Positions 48,926 to 59,592 of a DNA stretch of 64,000 bases are shown here, in pieces. Numbering within the stretch: position 1 is the first letter of the stretch; each line of letters opens with the position of its first letter. Made by a program: the position numbers and the translations under genes. Origin of the DNA: Candidatus Kapaibacterium sp. (GTDB taxonomy: Bacteria; Bacteroidota; Ignavibacteria; Kapaibacteriales; UBA2268); NCBI GenBank assembly GCA_963665665.1, contig OY762428.1:960001-1024000 (forward strand), in the 5' to 3' direction. Under the pieces are notes generated by a model that was not told where the DNA came from, ran no database searches, and saw only the letters and a list, made by a program, of their open reading frames with translations.

Positions 48926-51900
48926 ATGAGAAATTCCATACTGCTGGTTCTCCTGGCAATTTTTGTATCCTGCGGCGGAAACGAGTTGAAGATTGTTAAC
49001 ACAAATCTTCCTGAAAACGGTGAAATAAGTATTCGACAGAATATCGAGATTGAGTTTAATAAAGAATTAGCAAATGACTCTCTTTTTTTGAATTCTGACA
49101 GCATTGACTACTTCAGATTTACTCCGGACCTCCCCGGAACATATAGCTGGCTGGACAATAAAACTTTGTCCTTTTCACCATACGAGGGTTTCGCCCCGAA
49201 TACAAAATACAAGATGGAAATCACTGAAAAAATATTAAGCCATTCAAAGGAAAAAATCGACCTCCCCGAAAAAAGGGTATTTGAATTCCATACGCCGCCG
49301 CTGAAATTGATTCACGCATCGGCAAAATGGGTTATGCCCGACAGCACTAATGGTATGCCTGCGCTGCTTGTTAACCTGCAATTCAACCATAAAATCAACC
49401 AGGCTGATTTAGATTCTCTGATGGAAATAACAATTAACGGCCAGGAACATTATTTTTCCACTCAGGATCCCGGCATTGGCAAAACTGCCAATGTTCTGCT
49501 GCGGGAGGACAACTACAGTGCAATTACCGACAAACCTATGGTGATAAAAATTGAAAAAGGGATGGAAATTATTAACGCCAATGATAAAATGGCAGAAGAT
49601 ATTATTTATGAGACTTCGGTTCCGGGGATTCATAAACTGGAAATAACCGGTTTGCAAACAAGTAAAGACATTTCAGAACTAACAGTTCAGCTGTTTACAA
49701 ACCAGAGTATATCAAGAAATCAGAAACTGAAAAATTTCATTAAGATAAAACCATCGGTAAAAATTGAATTTGAACAAAATGAATTCGGATTGCTCTTAAA
49801 AGGAGGATTTAACCCGGAAACGGTTTATGAAATTAAGGTTTCAAAAACTCTGAAAGGAGTATTTGGGAAAGAACTTGGCGAGGATTATCATGGATTTGCA
49901 GCTTTTAATGATGTACAGCCATTGGTAGAATTTACGGAAGCCAAAGCCATGTACCTTTCATCAAAATCAACAAAAAATGTTGGTATAAGGATTTATGGAG
50001 TGAAGGAATTTGAAGTTCAGGTAGTAAAAATATTTGAAAATAATATTCTTGGGTTTTCAAGGCGCGGTAAATCTTGGGGCTACAGTTATGACGAAGAAGA
50101 TAACTGGAATGAATTCAGATACTACCGGACGGGAAATTTCGGAGATGAGATTTATAAAGAAAAATTCCTGGCCAAAGACCTGCCGACAAAGTCCGGAATA
50201 AGCCTGCTGAAACTTGATTTTGAGGATATTATTAAAAAATACAAGGGTATCTATGTTGTAAAAGTTAAATCAACTGACAGCGAATGGCTCCAGGATTCGA
50301 AGATAATTTCCATTTCGGACGTAGGGCTGATAGTAAAGCGTGTTGAAGATCAGATTTTAGTATTTGCCAATTCAATAAAAACTGCCGAGCCTCTTGGCGG
50401 ATGCGATATTAAGATTTTCAGTACAACAAACCAGATGTATGCATCGCAAAAGACCAACTCGGATGGGATTGCAATATTTCAGGATTTTAACAACACGGGA
50501 GTGGAATTTGAACCGGGAATGATTTCCGGCGATTATAACGGAGATGTAAACTATCTGCTGCTGGATTACAAAAGCGAAGTAGATAAAACCCGCTTTGAAG
50601 GTACGGATGGAATCGACGGCAAGGGATACAAGACATTTATATATTCCAGCCGCAACCTATACAGGCCGGACGATACGCTTGTTATTGCCGGAATAATCAG
50701 GGATGAAGACTGGGGGACGGTAAAGGATATGCCCGTTAAAGCAGAACTGCTTTTGCCGAATTCAAAAGTTTATAAGGAAATGAAATTGAACCTGAATGCT
50801 CAGGGCGGTTTTGAAACTCAGGTTTACCTTCCCCGCACACTTGTTACGGGAATATATAATATTCGTGTTTCCCTGATGAACGGAACCGTTTTGAAAAGCT
50901 ATCCTGTGAGCATCGAGGATTTCGTGCCCGACAGGATAAAAGTTGAAATGGAATCAGACAAAAAAGAATATATAGCTCCTGATAAAATTATGATCAGCGC
51001 CAGGGTCAATAATTTATTCGGCCCGCCGGCAGCTAACAGGAAATATGAAATGAACTTTTCTTTCAGGAAGTCTGATTTCAGGCCGAAGGGATTCAGAAAA
51101 TATTCATTTGCTATCCATTCAGGAAGCGACCGCTTGCTGGATAATCAATTCACGACCGGAAAAACAGACGAGAAAGGGCTGGTTGAAGAAAACGCTTATA
51201 TTGACAGTGCACTTTCAGGTATGGGGCTGATAAAATGTAATGCAAATCTTACGGTTTTCGATGAGACCAACCGTACTGTTGACCGAAGCTTAGCTTTAAA
51301 TATATATACACAGGATGCCTTCAATGGTATTGGAGATTTTGATTACTGGGTTGAAACAAGAAAGAAAATCAAAATTCCGGTAGTAGCCGTGGATAAAAAT
51401 GGTAAAGCACTTAATAATCATAAGGCTACTGTAAAAATTTATAAATACGACTGGGAAACAGTTCTCCGCAGAAACCATAACGGCAGCTATTACTTTGAAT
51501 CCCAGAAGATTGAAAAACTGGTTATGGACAGGAAATTAAAAATATCAGGCAAAAACTATTTCTTTGCATATAGTCCGCAATTTTCAGGCAGATACCAGGT
51601 AAGGATTTACAACGAAGGATCTAATAATTATGTAAGCCGGAATTTCTATTCTTATTCCTGGGGAACAACAAGCAATAAATCCTTCGCAGTCGATCCCGAA
51701 GGTAAAATTGATATTACCTGCGATAAGGAAAAATATAATATCGGGGATAAGGCAAAAATACTATTCAAAACTCCCTTCCGCGGTAAATTGCTGGTAACGG
51801 TTGAAAGAGATAAAATACTGGATCACTTTATTATTGAAACCGATAAAAATGCCGCATCTTTAACTCTTGATATCAAAGAAGAACACCTGCCAAATATTTT

Positions 51901-54364
51901 CATTTCGGCAACACTTATAAAGCCGCTTGCATCAGATGCCGTACCACTGACAATTGCTTATGGTTACCTGCCGGTTATAGTTGAAAAGAAATCAAACATA
52001 ATTCCGGTTGAAATAATTGCAAATGAAAAAGTAAGGTCAAAATCTAAACAGAAAATCAAAATTAAAACTCTGCCTAAAAAAGATATTCACCTGACAGTGG
52101 CCGTTGTTGACGAGGGTATTCTCCAGGTTAAGAATTTCCAGACTCCCGACCCATATAAATTTTTCTACCAAAAAATTGCAATGGGCGTAAATTCATATTC
52201 CCTTTATCCATATCTTTTCCCTGAACTGAAGGCTGGGAAATACAGGTATGGAGCCGGAGATGCTTTTGGCAATCTCGAAAAAAGATTGAATCCCCTGACA
52301 AAGAAAAGAGTGAATCTGGTCAGCTTCTGGAGCGGGCTGCTAAAAACGAATTCAAAAGGGGAGGCAAGCTATGAAATTGATATACCGGAATTTTCGGGAT
52401 CGCTCAGGGTAATGGCTTGCGCATACATAGATAAGGCATTCGGATCGGCAGAAATGAATATGACTGTTGCCGATCCTCTGGTGCTGAGTACAGCCCTGCC
52501 CAGATTCTTAAGTCCCTCGGATGAATTTGATATGCCGGTAACAATTACCAATACAACGGCCAAAACAGCAAAAGTTGATGTTGATCTTTCACTGAAAGGG
52601 GCTGTACAAAATATGGGTTCTGATGAGTCAGGCATTTCCATTCCTCCTAACAGTGAAAAACAGATTGTTTATAAAATGAAGGCGAGAAACCAGATAGGCG
52701 ATGCTCAGGTAAAAGTAATAGCAAAAGCATTCGGCGAAAAGTTTACAAGTACAACCGATCTGACAGTCAGGCCTCCGGCATCATTGCAGAAGATTACAAA
52801 GTCAGGCAAGCTTGATGCTGGAAAGAACATTGTTATTGAAACAAATGACAAGTTTTTTGAAGAGAGTATTGATTCAAGGGTAATTGTAGCCCGTACTCCC
52901 CTGATTCAGTTCACGAAGGATGTTGAATACCTGATCGGTTATCCTTACGGATGTATTGAGCAGACTGTTTCGAAAGCCTTCCCGCAGCTTGCTATGAAAG
53001 ACCTGCTGAAAGTGATAAATTCAGGCAACAGCGGCTACCTGGCAGAAGAAGCCGACCGCAACGTACAGCTTGCAATTGACAAGGTACAATCCATGCAGCA
53101 GTATTCAGGCGCAATGAGTTTCTGGCAGGGCGGTTACAATACATCATGGTGGGGCACCGCTTATGCTGTCCACTTCCTGATTGAATGCCGCAAAGCCGGA
53201 TATAGCGTCAATCCCGGTATAATTGACAAAGGATTAAAATATCTTTCGGAACGGGCTTCCAAGGGAGAGAAACGTCTTTATTATTACTGGGAGGATGGCA
53301 AATATGCTTATAAAGAAAAATTTAAAAAGGAAAACGTTTACTCCTTGTTTGTCCTGGCATTGGCAGGCAGACCCAATGTAAGCCTGATGAATTTCTATAG
53401 AAGTAAATCCTCCGAACTGACTGCTGATTCAAAATCTTTGCTTGCTGCGGGCTTCGCACTTTCCGGGGACAAAAGGAATATAAGCGAGCTTACTTCAGGT
53501 GTTAACATGAAGAAATCCAAGAATGAAACAGGCGGAAGCTTCTCATCGCCAACCCGAGACCTTGCCATAACTTTATATACTCTTTCGATAGCAGATCCGA
53601 AAAACAAGAAAATATTTGAAATGGCAAGAAACCTAACTAATACGCTGAAACATACAAGATATTTATCCACTCAGGACAGGTCATTCGGACTTTTGGCGCT
53701 GGCAGCAATTAGCAGAGCTTCGGATGCAAAGAAAGCCAAAGCAAAGATTTTTATTGACAATAAAGAAGCTGCTGAACTTAACACCAGCAAGCCATTTATA
53801 TCAGAAAATTACAAGGACGGAAAACTGAAAATTTCCAATAACGGTGGCTCACCGGTTTATTATTTCAGCGAAACCGAAGGGATTACAAAGGACGGTTCCT
53901 ACACCGAGGAGGACAGCTACCTGAAAGTCAGGCGTACATTCTATACCCGCGATGGCAAAGAGATCAGCAATAATAAATTCAGGCAGGGCGACCTGGTGGT
54001 TGTTAAGATCACACTCAGTACAACTTATGATGAATATATTAAAAATATTGTTGTAACGGATATTCTTCCGGCAGGACTGGAAATTGAAAATCCCCGCCTG
54101 AATAAAGGCCGAGATTTTGAATGGATTAAAAAGCAGAGTTACCCCGAGCATTTCGATTACCGCGACGACAGGATTAATATCTTCTGCACAATCGGGGATT
54201 CCGGCGATTATAGCAGCAACAACAGCAAAGAAAAGAATTTCTACTACATGGTTCGAGCCGTAACCAATGGCAGTTTTACTATGGGGCCGGTCAGCGCTGA
54301 TGCCATGTACGACGGTGTTTACCATTCCTACCACGGTGGCGGAACGGTGGTTGTGGAACCGTAA
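48926..54364 (+). CDS. Bacterial alpha-2-macroglobulin (YfhM-like lipoprotein)
   Basis: Lipobox FVSC; RNLYRP, EDFVPDR, AVVDEGIL, FSGSLRVMA, LPRFL; thioester motif YPYGCIEQ; D.LPAGLEIENP. Confidence 0.95.
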   Translation: MRNSILLVLLAIFVSCGGNELKIVNTNLPENGEISIRQNIEIEFNKELANDSLFLNSDSIDYFRFTPDLPGTYSWLDNKTLSFSPYEGFAPNTKYKMEITEKILSHSKEKIDLPEKRVFEFHTPPLKLIHASAKWVMPDSTNGMPALLVNLQFNHKINQADLDSLMEITINGQEHYFSTQDPGIGKTANVLLREDNYSAITDKPMVIKIEKGMEIINANDKMAEDIIYETSVPGIHKLEITGLQTSKDISELTVQLFTNQSISRNQKLKNFIKIKPSVKIEFEQNEFGLLLKGGFNPETVYEIKVSKTLKGVFGKELGEDYHGFAAFNDVQPLVEFTEAKAMYLSSKSTKNVGIRIYGVKEFEVQVVKIFENNILGFSRRGKSWGYSYDEEDNWNEFRYYRTGNFGDEIYKEKFLAKDLPTKSGISLLKLDFEDIIKKYKGIYVVKVKSTDSEWLQDSKIISISDVGLIVKRVEDQILVFANSIKTAEPLGGCDIKIFSTTNQMYASQKTNSDGIAIFQDFNNTGVEFEPGMISGDYNGDVNYLLLDYKSEVDKTRFEGTDGIDGKGYKTFIYSSRNLYRPDDTLVIAGIIRDEDWGTVKDMPVKAELLLPNSKVYKEMKLNLNAQGGFETQVYLPRTLVTGIYNIRVSLMNGTVLKSYPVSIEDFVPDRIKVEMESDKKEYIAPDKIMISARVNNLFGPPAANRKYEMNFSFRKSDFRPKGFRKYSFAIHSGSDRLLDNQFTTGKTDEKGLVEENAYIDSALSGMGLIKCNANLTVFDETNRTVDRSLALNIYTQDAFNGIGDFDYWVETRKKIKIPVVAVDKNGKALNNHKATVKIYKYDWETVLRRNHNGSYYFESQKIEKLVMDRKLKISGKNYFFAYSPQFSGRYQVRIYNEGSNNYVSRNFYSYSWGTTSNKSFAVDPEGKIDITCDKEKYNIGDKAKILFKTPFRGKLLVTVERDKILDHFIIETDKNAASLTLDIKEEHLPNIFISATLIKPLASDAVPLTIAYGYLPVIVEKKSNIIPVEIIANEKVRSKSKQKIKIKTLPKKDIHLTVAVVDEGILQVKNFQTPDPYKFFYQKIAMGVNSYSLYPYLFPELKAGKYRYGAGDAFGNLEKRLNPLTKKRVNLVSFWSGLLKTNSKGEASYEIDIPEFSGSLRVMACAYIDKAFGSAEMNMTVADPLVLSTALPRFLSPSDEFDMPVTITNTTAKTAKVDVDLSLKGAVQNMGSDESGISIPPNSEKQIVYKMKARNQIGDAQVKVIAKAFGEKFTSTTDLTVRPPASLQKITKSGKLDAGKNIVIETNDKFFEESIDSRVIVARTPLIQFTKDVEYLIGYPYGCIEQTVSKAFPQLAMKDLLKVINSGNSGYLAEEADRNVQLAIDKVQSMQQYSGAMSFWQGGYNTSWWGTAYAVHFLIECRKAGYSVNPGIIDKGLKYLSERASKGEKRLYYYWEDGKYAYKEKFKKENVYSLFVLALAGRPNVSLMNFYRSKSSELTADSKSLLAAGFALSGDKRNISELTSGVNMKKSKNETGGSFSSPTRDLAITLYTLSIADPKNKKIFEMARNLTNTLKHTRYLSTQDRSFGLLALAAISRASDAKKAKAKIFIDNKEAAELNTSKPFISENYKDGKLKISNNGGSPVYYFSETEGITKDGSYTEEDSYLKVRRTFYTRDGKEISNNKFRQGDLVVVKITLSTTYDEYIKNIVVTDILPAGLEIENPRLNKGRDFEWIKKQSYPEHFDYRDDRINIFCTIGDSGDYSSNNSKEKNFYYMVRAVTNGSFTMGPVSADAMYDGVYHSYHGGGTVVVEP

Positions 54365-54384
54365 ATAACAGACAATGGACAACC

Positions 54385-54412
54385 GTAGGGAACAGGCAAG
54401 CCTGTTCCCTGC
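54385..54412. repeat. GTAG-type REP hairpin
   Basis: gtagggaacaggc-aa-gcctgttccctgc, 20 bp after the A2M stop. Confidence 0.65.
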
Positions 54413-54561
54413 ATACATCTGAAATAATAAAATTGATTGATTTTACACAATGATTATTCATATGAGTAATAAAAAAATAAAATTTTTAATAATACTATTA
54501 AGATGACAAACAGTTACCTTATCAATATTCGAACATTGATTAATTATTTAAAGAGGAAAAT

Positions 54562-55824
54562 ATGAAATTTGTAGCTTTAGTTTTTGTGCTGATTACTTTT
54601 TCATTTGGAAAAATGATTGCCATTGAATCAGATACTTTATGGACTCGATCAATAAGATATAGTGATGGAATATTCTTCCTTCCCGGAGATAGTCTGATTT
54701 TAACAAATTCCTGGGGAAGATTTATAAAGCTGAATGCCAGAACAGGAGAAAAGTTAAATGAAACAAAATTGATCACAAATGATTTTAAATCTATTTTCTA
54801 TAATGATGGTAATTTTGCATTAGCGATATCTCTTGATGCAGATGAAATTTATATTCTTAATGTCAACAATTTTACTTCATATAGATGCCTATCACTTTCA
54901 AAAAAAGATAGTGCAAAGTATTCGACTATCGAATTTATTGACAACGATACAATAGCTGTTTTAATAAAAAGGTCTGACGGCAGGTCAACTATTAAAATAT
55001 ACAATATTAAAAATTGGAAAATTGAGAATGAAATCGATTTACAAAATAGAGATGTTTGTTATTTTAGGTTTTCACCTGAAAGGAAATATTTAGGAATTGT
55101 AAGCTTAGGAGATTTTTCTCCACCTAAAGAATATAATGATAAATTTCTGTTAGAATTATTTAACGAAAATACTTCGGAATATCTTCTCATTGATAGTACT
55201 AAATATCATGAAGACAAGTTTGAAGTAATTAGCGATGTAAGATTTAGCAGTGACAATAAATATTTAATTCAGACAATGTGGGAATCTAAAAGCAAGATAT
55301 GGGATTTGCAAAATCATACAGTGTTTAAAGAATTGGATATAAATCATGCCCTTCAAATGAAAATAACCGAAGATCAAAAATATATAATTTTAGCTGATTG
55401 TAGATTGAAAATTGCTGAATATGCTTCCGGAATGATAATTCAAGAATACAACGACATCCCCTGTGTTAGATTTGATGTCAGTTTAAATGATAATTCTATT
55501 GTAACTTATGGTAATGAACAAATATCTATGGTAATACCATTTTGGAAAATCAATAATATTGAATTCGAAAACTGTATTTCATTAAATACTGTAAAATATA
55601 TAAACAACAATCTATTCATTAACATATCATCAAATTCGTTTGAAAATTATAAAATATGTGTTTATGACTTTACTGGCAATCTTGTCACAAATTTAATAAC
55701 AGGAATGACGCAGGCTGGATCAAATCATATCAAAAAAAGAATCCAATTACAGACTGGTGTCTATTTCGTACAATTACAAATTGGTAATAATATGTTTTTT
55801 AAAAAATTTGGTGTTGTTAATTGA
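54562..55824 (+). CDS. Secreted beta-propeller protein with T9SS CTD
   Basis: Signal peptide; FSPERKYL, FSSDNKYL..SKIWDL; CTD VYDFTGNLV...TGVYFVQLQIG..KKF. Confidence 0.8.
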   Translation: MKFVALVFVLITFSFGKMIAIESDTLWTRSIRYSDGIFFLPGDSLILTNSWGRFIKLNARTGEKLNETKLITNDFKSIFYNDGNFALAISLDADEIYILNVNNFTSYRCLSLSKKDSAKYSTIEFIDNDTIAVLIKRSDGRSTIKIYNIKNWKIENEIDLQNRDVCYFRFSPERKYLGIVSLGDFSPPKEYNDKFLLELFNENTSEYLLIDSTKYHEDKFEVISDVRFSSDNKYLIQTMWESKSKIWDLQNHTVFKELDINHALQMKITEDQKYIILADCRLKIAEYASGMIIQEYNDIPCVRFDVSLNDNSIVTYGNEQISMVIPFWKINNIEFENCISLNTVKYINNNLFINISSNSFENYKICVYDFTGNLVTNLITGMTQAGSNHIKKRIQLQTGVYFVQLQIGNNMFFKKFGVVN

Positions 55825-55952
55825 TAATGATTGTATTACGAACCATAGCAATTCAATTATTCGGCATTATCTTTCCAATCCTGTTATTAATCAATAATTT
55901 TTAAAATTGAAAATAAAATAGCAGATAAATATCTTCGCATCAGGGAAGTGTA

Positions 55953-58262
55953 ATGAAAAACACATTGAAAAAATCGGTAAAAAGAATATTGTCAGTTGTT
56001 GCAGCGGCAGCTCTTTTATTCCTTTTGCTTGACCTCGTTTTTCCTGTGGATACAGGTATTGATTTTTCGGGAACTCTAACCGACAGGGACAATAATGTTA
56101 TTGCCGCAACTCTGAACAGCAGTGACAAATGGCGATTCCGGGCTGAATTGGAGGAACTTTCCCCTAAGCTGACAGATGTGACTATTTTCAAAGAGGACAG
56201 GTACTTTTATTATCATCCCGGTATAAATATTTTCTCGCTTGCGAGGGCATTTTTCTCAAATCTGTTCTTCGGCGAAAGAACGCTCGGAGCCTCGACGATC
56301 ACAATGCAGACAGTCCGGATGCTTAAACCAAAGGAGCGCTCATACCTGAATAAATTTATTGAAATGTTCCGCGCCCTGCAATTGGAGCTGCATTACTCCA
56401 AGGATGAAATACTCGAAATGTATTTCAACCTGCTGCCCTACGGCGGGAATATAGAAGGAGCGAAAACCGCGTCAATATTATATCTCGGGATCAATCCGGC
56501 AGGTATGAGCCTTTCGCAGGCTGCTGCGCTTTCGGTTATTCCCCAGAATCCGAATAAATACCGTATTGGCAGGTATAATAGCGCTATTGAAAAAAAGAAG
56601 AACCTGATATTGAACACGCTCGCCGGCAGTTCTGTCTTTCCCCAAAAAGAGATATCAGGAGCGCTGGCCGAACCCTTTCATTCATCGAGAAAAGAAATCC
56701 CGAATTATGCCCCTCACCTGCTGAACAGACTGGCTGGCGAGTATCCCCTTAAAAATGCTATTCATTCCAAGATTGATTCACGCATACAGATCGAGGCATC
56801 TTCAATAATAAAAAACTATATTGATAATCAGAAGCTAAATGGTATTTATAATGCTGCGGCAATCGTCATTGACAATAAAACTCTGGACGTGCTGGCTTAT
56901 GTCGGGTCGAATAATTTTTACGACAGCCGGCATTCCGGGCAGGTGGACGGCATCAGGGCTGTCAGGTCGCCGGGCAGCGCGTTGAAGCCACTCGTCTATG
57001 CAATGGGTTTTGACGATGGAATGATAACCCCGAGGCGGGTAATCCTTGACGTTCCGATAAACAGCAGCGAGTACAGCCCGGATAATTATTCCGGTTCTTT
57101 CCGGGGCGAGGTAACGGTGGAACAATCTCTTATCCATTCGCTGAATGTCCCCGCAGTAAGGGTTGCGATGGATATAGGCTGCGACAATTTCATCGACCGC
57201 TTATGCAAAGCCGGATTCAAAACCGTTGAGAAAAAGAAAAAAGGGCTCGGCCTGTCCGTTGTTCTCGGGGGCTGCGGGGTTACTCTCGAAGAACTGGCAG
57301 GGATGTATTCAGGCTTTGGCAATAAGGGAAAGATCAGAAATTTACGCTATACCGGTGATAAAAAATATGACACAAACACCGTTGCTGTATGCAGCCCGGA
57401 AGCAGCCTATATGATATCGGATATATTGATGAAATCCGCAAGGCCGGATGTTCTTTACGGCTATCTTTCAGGTAAGGATATGCCAATTATTGCATGGAAA
57501 ACTGGAACCTCCTACGGCAGGCGCGATGCCTGGAGTATTGGGTATAATCCCCGATATACTGTTGGGGTTTGGGCCGGGAATTTCAGCGGGGCAGCATCGT
57601 CGGAACTTACCGGGGCAAAAACAGCCACTCCCCTGATGTTCGAAATTTTCAGGATTCTCGGATCAGCCGGCAATGATAAGTTTATAAAACCCGACGGCCT
57701 TTATACCCGGCAGGTAGATCAGGAAACAGGGCTTCTGCCGGGAGAATATACCACGCACACAGTGGACGATCTTTATATTCCTCTGGTTTCTTCGTCTGAA
57801 ATTTCAAACAACTATTCAAAAATATTCGTATCAATGGATGAAACTGTTTCCTACTGTTCTGACTGCCTGCCCGAGGGCAATTACAAGGAAAAAGTATATA
57901 AGAGAATCCCCCCGGACCTGGCATCCTATTACGAAAAATACTCGCTGAATTATGAAAAGATTCCTGCGCACAATCAGGAATGCCCGAGAATTTTTTCAGG
58001 CAAACCGCCCGTTATCTCCTATCCGGTGGCAGGGCAGGAGTACCTGCTGCAAAAATCAGGGGACAGCCGGATAATGCTGCAATGCTTCACAGCCAATGAC
58101 GTACAGGACGTTTACTGGTATATTAATGATAAATTCTACACTAAAGCACGCAACGACGAGAAAATATTCTTCCGCCCCAATAATAAAGGAAAAATTAAAA
58201 TCTCCTGCTCGGACGATATGGGGCGCAACAGCGATATTGAAATAAATGTTAGTTTTTATTAA
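55953..58262 (+). CDS. pbpC: Penicillin-binding protein 1C
   Basis: Transglycosylase EDRYFYYHPG, GASTITMQ; transpeptidase RSPGSALKP, SLN, KTGTS; C-terminal PBP1C domain; near A2M. Confidence 0.95.
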   Translation: MKNTLKKSVKRILSVVAAAALLFLLLDLVFPVDTGIDFSGTLTDRDNNVIAATLNSSDKWRFRAELEELSPKLTDVTIFKEDRYFYYHPGINIFSLARAFFSNLFFGERTLGASTITMQTVRMLKPKERSYLNKFIEMFRALQLELHYSKDEILEMYFNLLPYGGNIEGAKTASILYLGINPAGMSLSQAAALSVIPQNPNKYRIGRYNSAIEKKKNLILNTLAGSSVFPQKEISGALAEPFHSSRKEIPNYAPHLLNRLAGEYPLKNAIHSKIDSRIQIEASSIIKNYIDNQKLNGIYNAAAIVIDNKTLDVLAYVGSNNFYDSRHSGQVDGIRAVRSPGSALKPLVYAMGFDDGMITPRRVILDVPINSSEYSPDNYSGSFRGEVTVEQSLIHSLNVPAVRVAMDIGCDNFIDRLCKAGFKTVEKKKKGLGLSVVLGGCGVTLEELAGMYSGFGNKGKIRNLRYTGDKKYDTNTVAVCSPEAAYMISDILMKSARPDVLYGYLSGKDMPIIAWKTGTSYGRRDAWSIGYNPRYTVGVWAGNFSGAASSELTGAKTATPLMFEIFRILGSAGNDKFIKPDGLYTRQVDQETGLLPGEYTTHTVDDLYIPLVSSSEISNNYSKIFVSMDETVSYCSDCLPEGNYKEKVYKRIPPDLASYYEKYSLNYEKIPAHNQECPRIFSGKPPVISYPVAGQEYLLQKSGDSRIMLQCFTANDVQDVYWYINDKFYTKARNDEKIFFRPNNKGKIKISCSDDMGRNSDIEINVSFY

Positions 58263-58281
58263 CCGGGCCTTGAGTCCTATC

Positions 58282-59577
58282 TTACTCCAAATTTATCATA
58301 TGAACAATAGATTTAGCAATTGCTTCATTGTTTACAATTATTTTTATAACGAAACCTTGAATACTTCTCATATCAAGTTGATAATATTTTTTTATAACTT
58401 GTATGTCATAGTATTGTTTCATACCCTTCTTCTTATATAATAAAATCCTGGCAGAGTCAGATTGCATCAAATCAGGAAACTCAATATTGAGCATCCCTTC
58501 TATTTCTCCTCTTGATAAAATCACAGAACTGTTCTTAAATGAAAACTTTGTTGAATCCGCAACACCATCTGCTAAAACTTTAAATTCGCTGACATAGTCT
58601 TCTTGTTCCTCTCTTATCTTACGCTTTCTGTTTTCTTCGATATTATCAATATAGTGTATTGTATTAGGATTAGCAAAGATATCTATGTAAAGATGATTTA
58701 AATAATTTTCAAAATCTGTATTTAAAAAGTTGTTTTTTGGATCAATTATAAAACAATAGTTTATGTTTTCACAGAAATGTTTCAGATCGTCATCGCCAGT
58801 TGTAATCAATGTGAAAAGATTGGGAAGTTCGTTAAACCTTTTTGGATAATAATCAATTTCTTTACTAATAAAAACCAGTGTTTGAAGAGCTTTTAAATTG
58901 AAAATTGTTTCGGGGAATTTATCACATTTGGCATATACTATTGCCATATCAAAGATATTATTCCTTTTTTCGAATTTCTTTAACTCCTGATCCAGATCAA
59001 AACCAGAAAAATCAACAGGGAACTCTAAAGAAAGCCTGATATAAGATTTTAGATTCTCAATCCCATCCGGAAGTTTTTTTATCCTGCAATTATAGAATTT
59101 AACCGCAAAAATCCGTGCAGTCGTATTGAAATCAGTAAAAGAACTAATACTATCACACTTGAAAAAGTTTAAAGTTACTATATTCTTACAAAAATTTAGT
59201 GATTTTGGAATATTTTTTATCGAGCTATTGGTTATTGTAATACTAATAATTCTGTATGAAAGTTTTTTACTGTTAATCTGACAGATTGCGCTGTCGATTT
59301 GATTTTCATTCATATTGTTAAAATTAATATCAATGAAAAAGGGATTTGTTTTTAGAATATCAGAATAATCTTCTGAAAAAGTATTATAAAAGGAAGTATA
59401 CCTTTTAGCAAATTGGTAAATTGTATCCAATTCAGCTACCGAATTTATTTCAAAATTACACGATAGATAATATCTTGCAGGTGGAATGAAACTATAAATG
59501 TTTCCTTTTGTCAATCCATTTACTGTTGATACAAAAAAAAGAATCGATACGAGCCATATAAGTTTTTTGATTTTCAT
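58282..59577 (-). CDS. Exported leucine-rich-repeat-like protein, paralog 1
   Basis: Signal peptide; IKNIPKSL, IKKLPDGIENL, FPETIFNLKALQTL. Confidence 0.7.
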   Translation of the reverse strand: MKIKKLIWLVSILFFVSTVNGLTKGNIYSFIPPARYYLSCNFEINSVAELDTIYQFAKRYTSFYNTFSEDYSDILKTNPFFIDINFNNMNENQIDSAICQINSKKLSYRIISITITNSSIKNIPKSLNFCKNIVTLNFFKCDSISSFTDFNTTARIFAVKFYNCRIKKLPDGIENLKSYIRLSLEFPVDFSGFDLDQELKKFEKRNNIFDMAIVYAKCDKFPETIFNLKALQTLVFISKEIDYYPKRFNELPNLFTLITTGDDDLKHFCENINYCFIIDPKNNFLNTDFENYLNHLYIDIFANPNTIHYIDNIEENRKRKIREEQEDYVSEFKVLADGVADSTKFSFKNSSVILSRGEIEGMLNIEFPDLMQSDSARILLYKKKGMKQYYDIQVIKKYYQLDMRSIQGFVIKIIVNNEAIAKSIVHMINLE

Positions 59578-59592
59578 CTTTAACCACCACAA

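Noticed and set aside
53849-54418. 189-aa minus-strand ORF
   Set aside because: Antisense to the A2M C-terminus; no recognisable motifs
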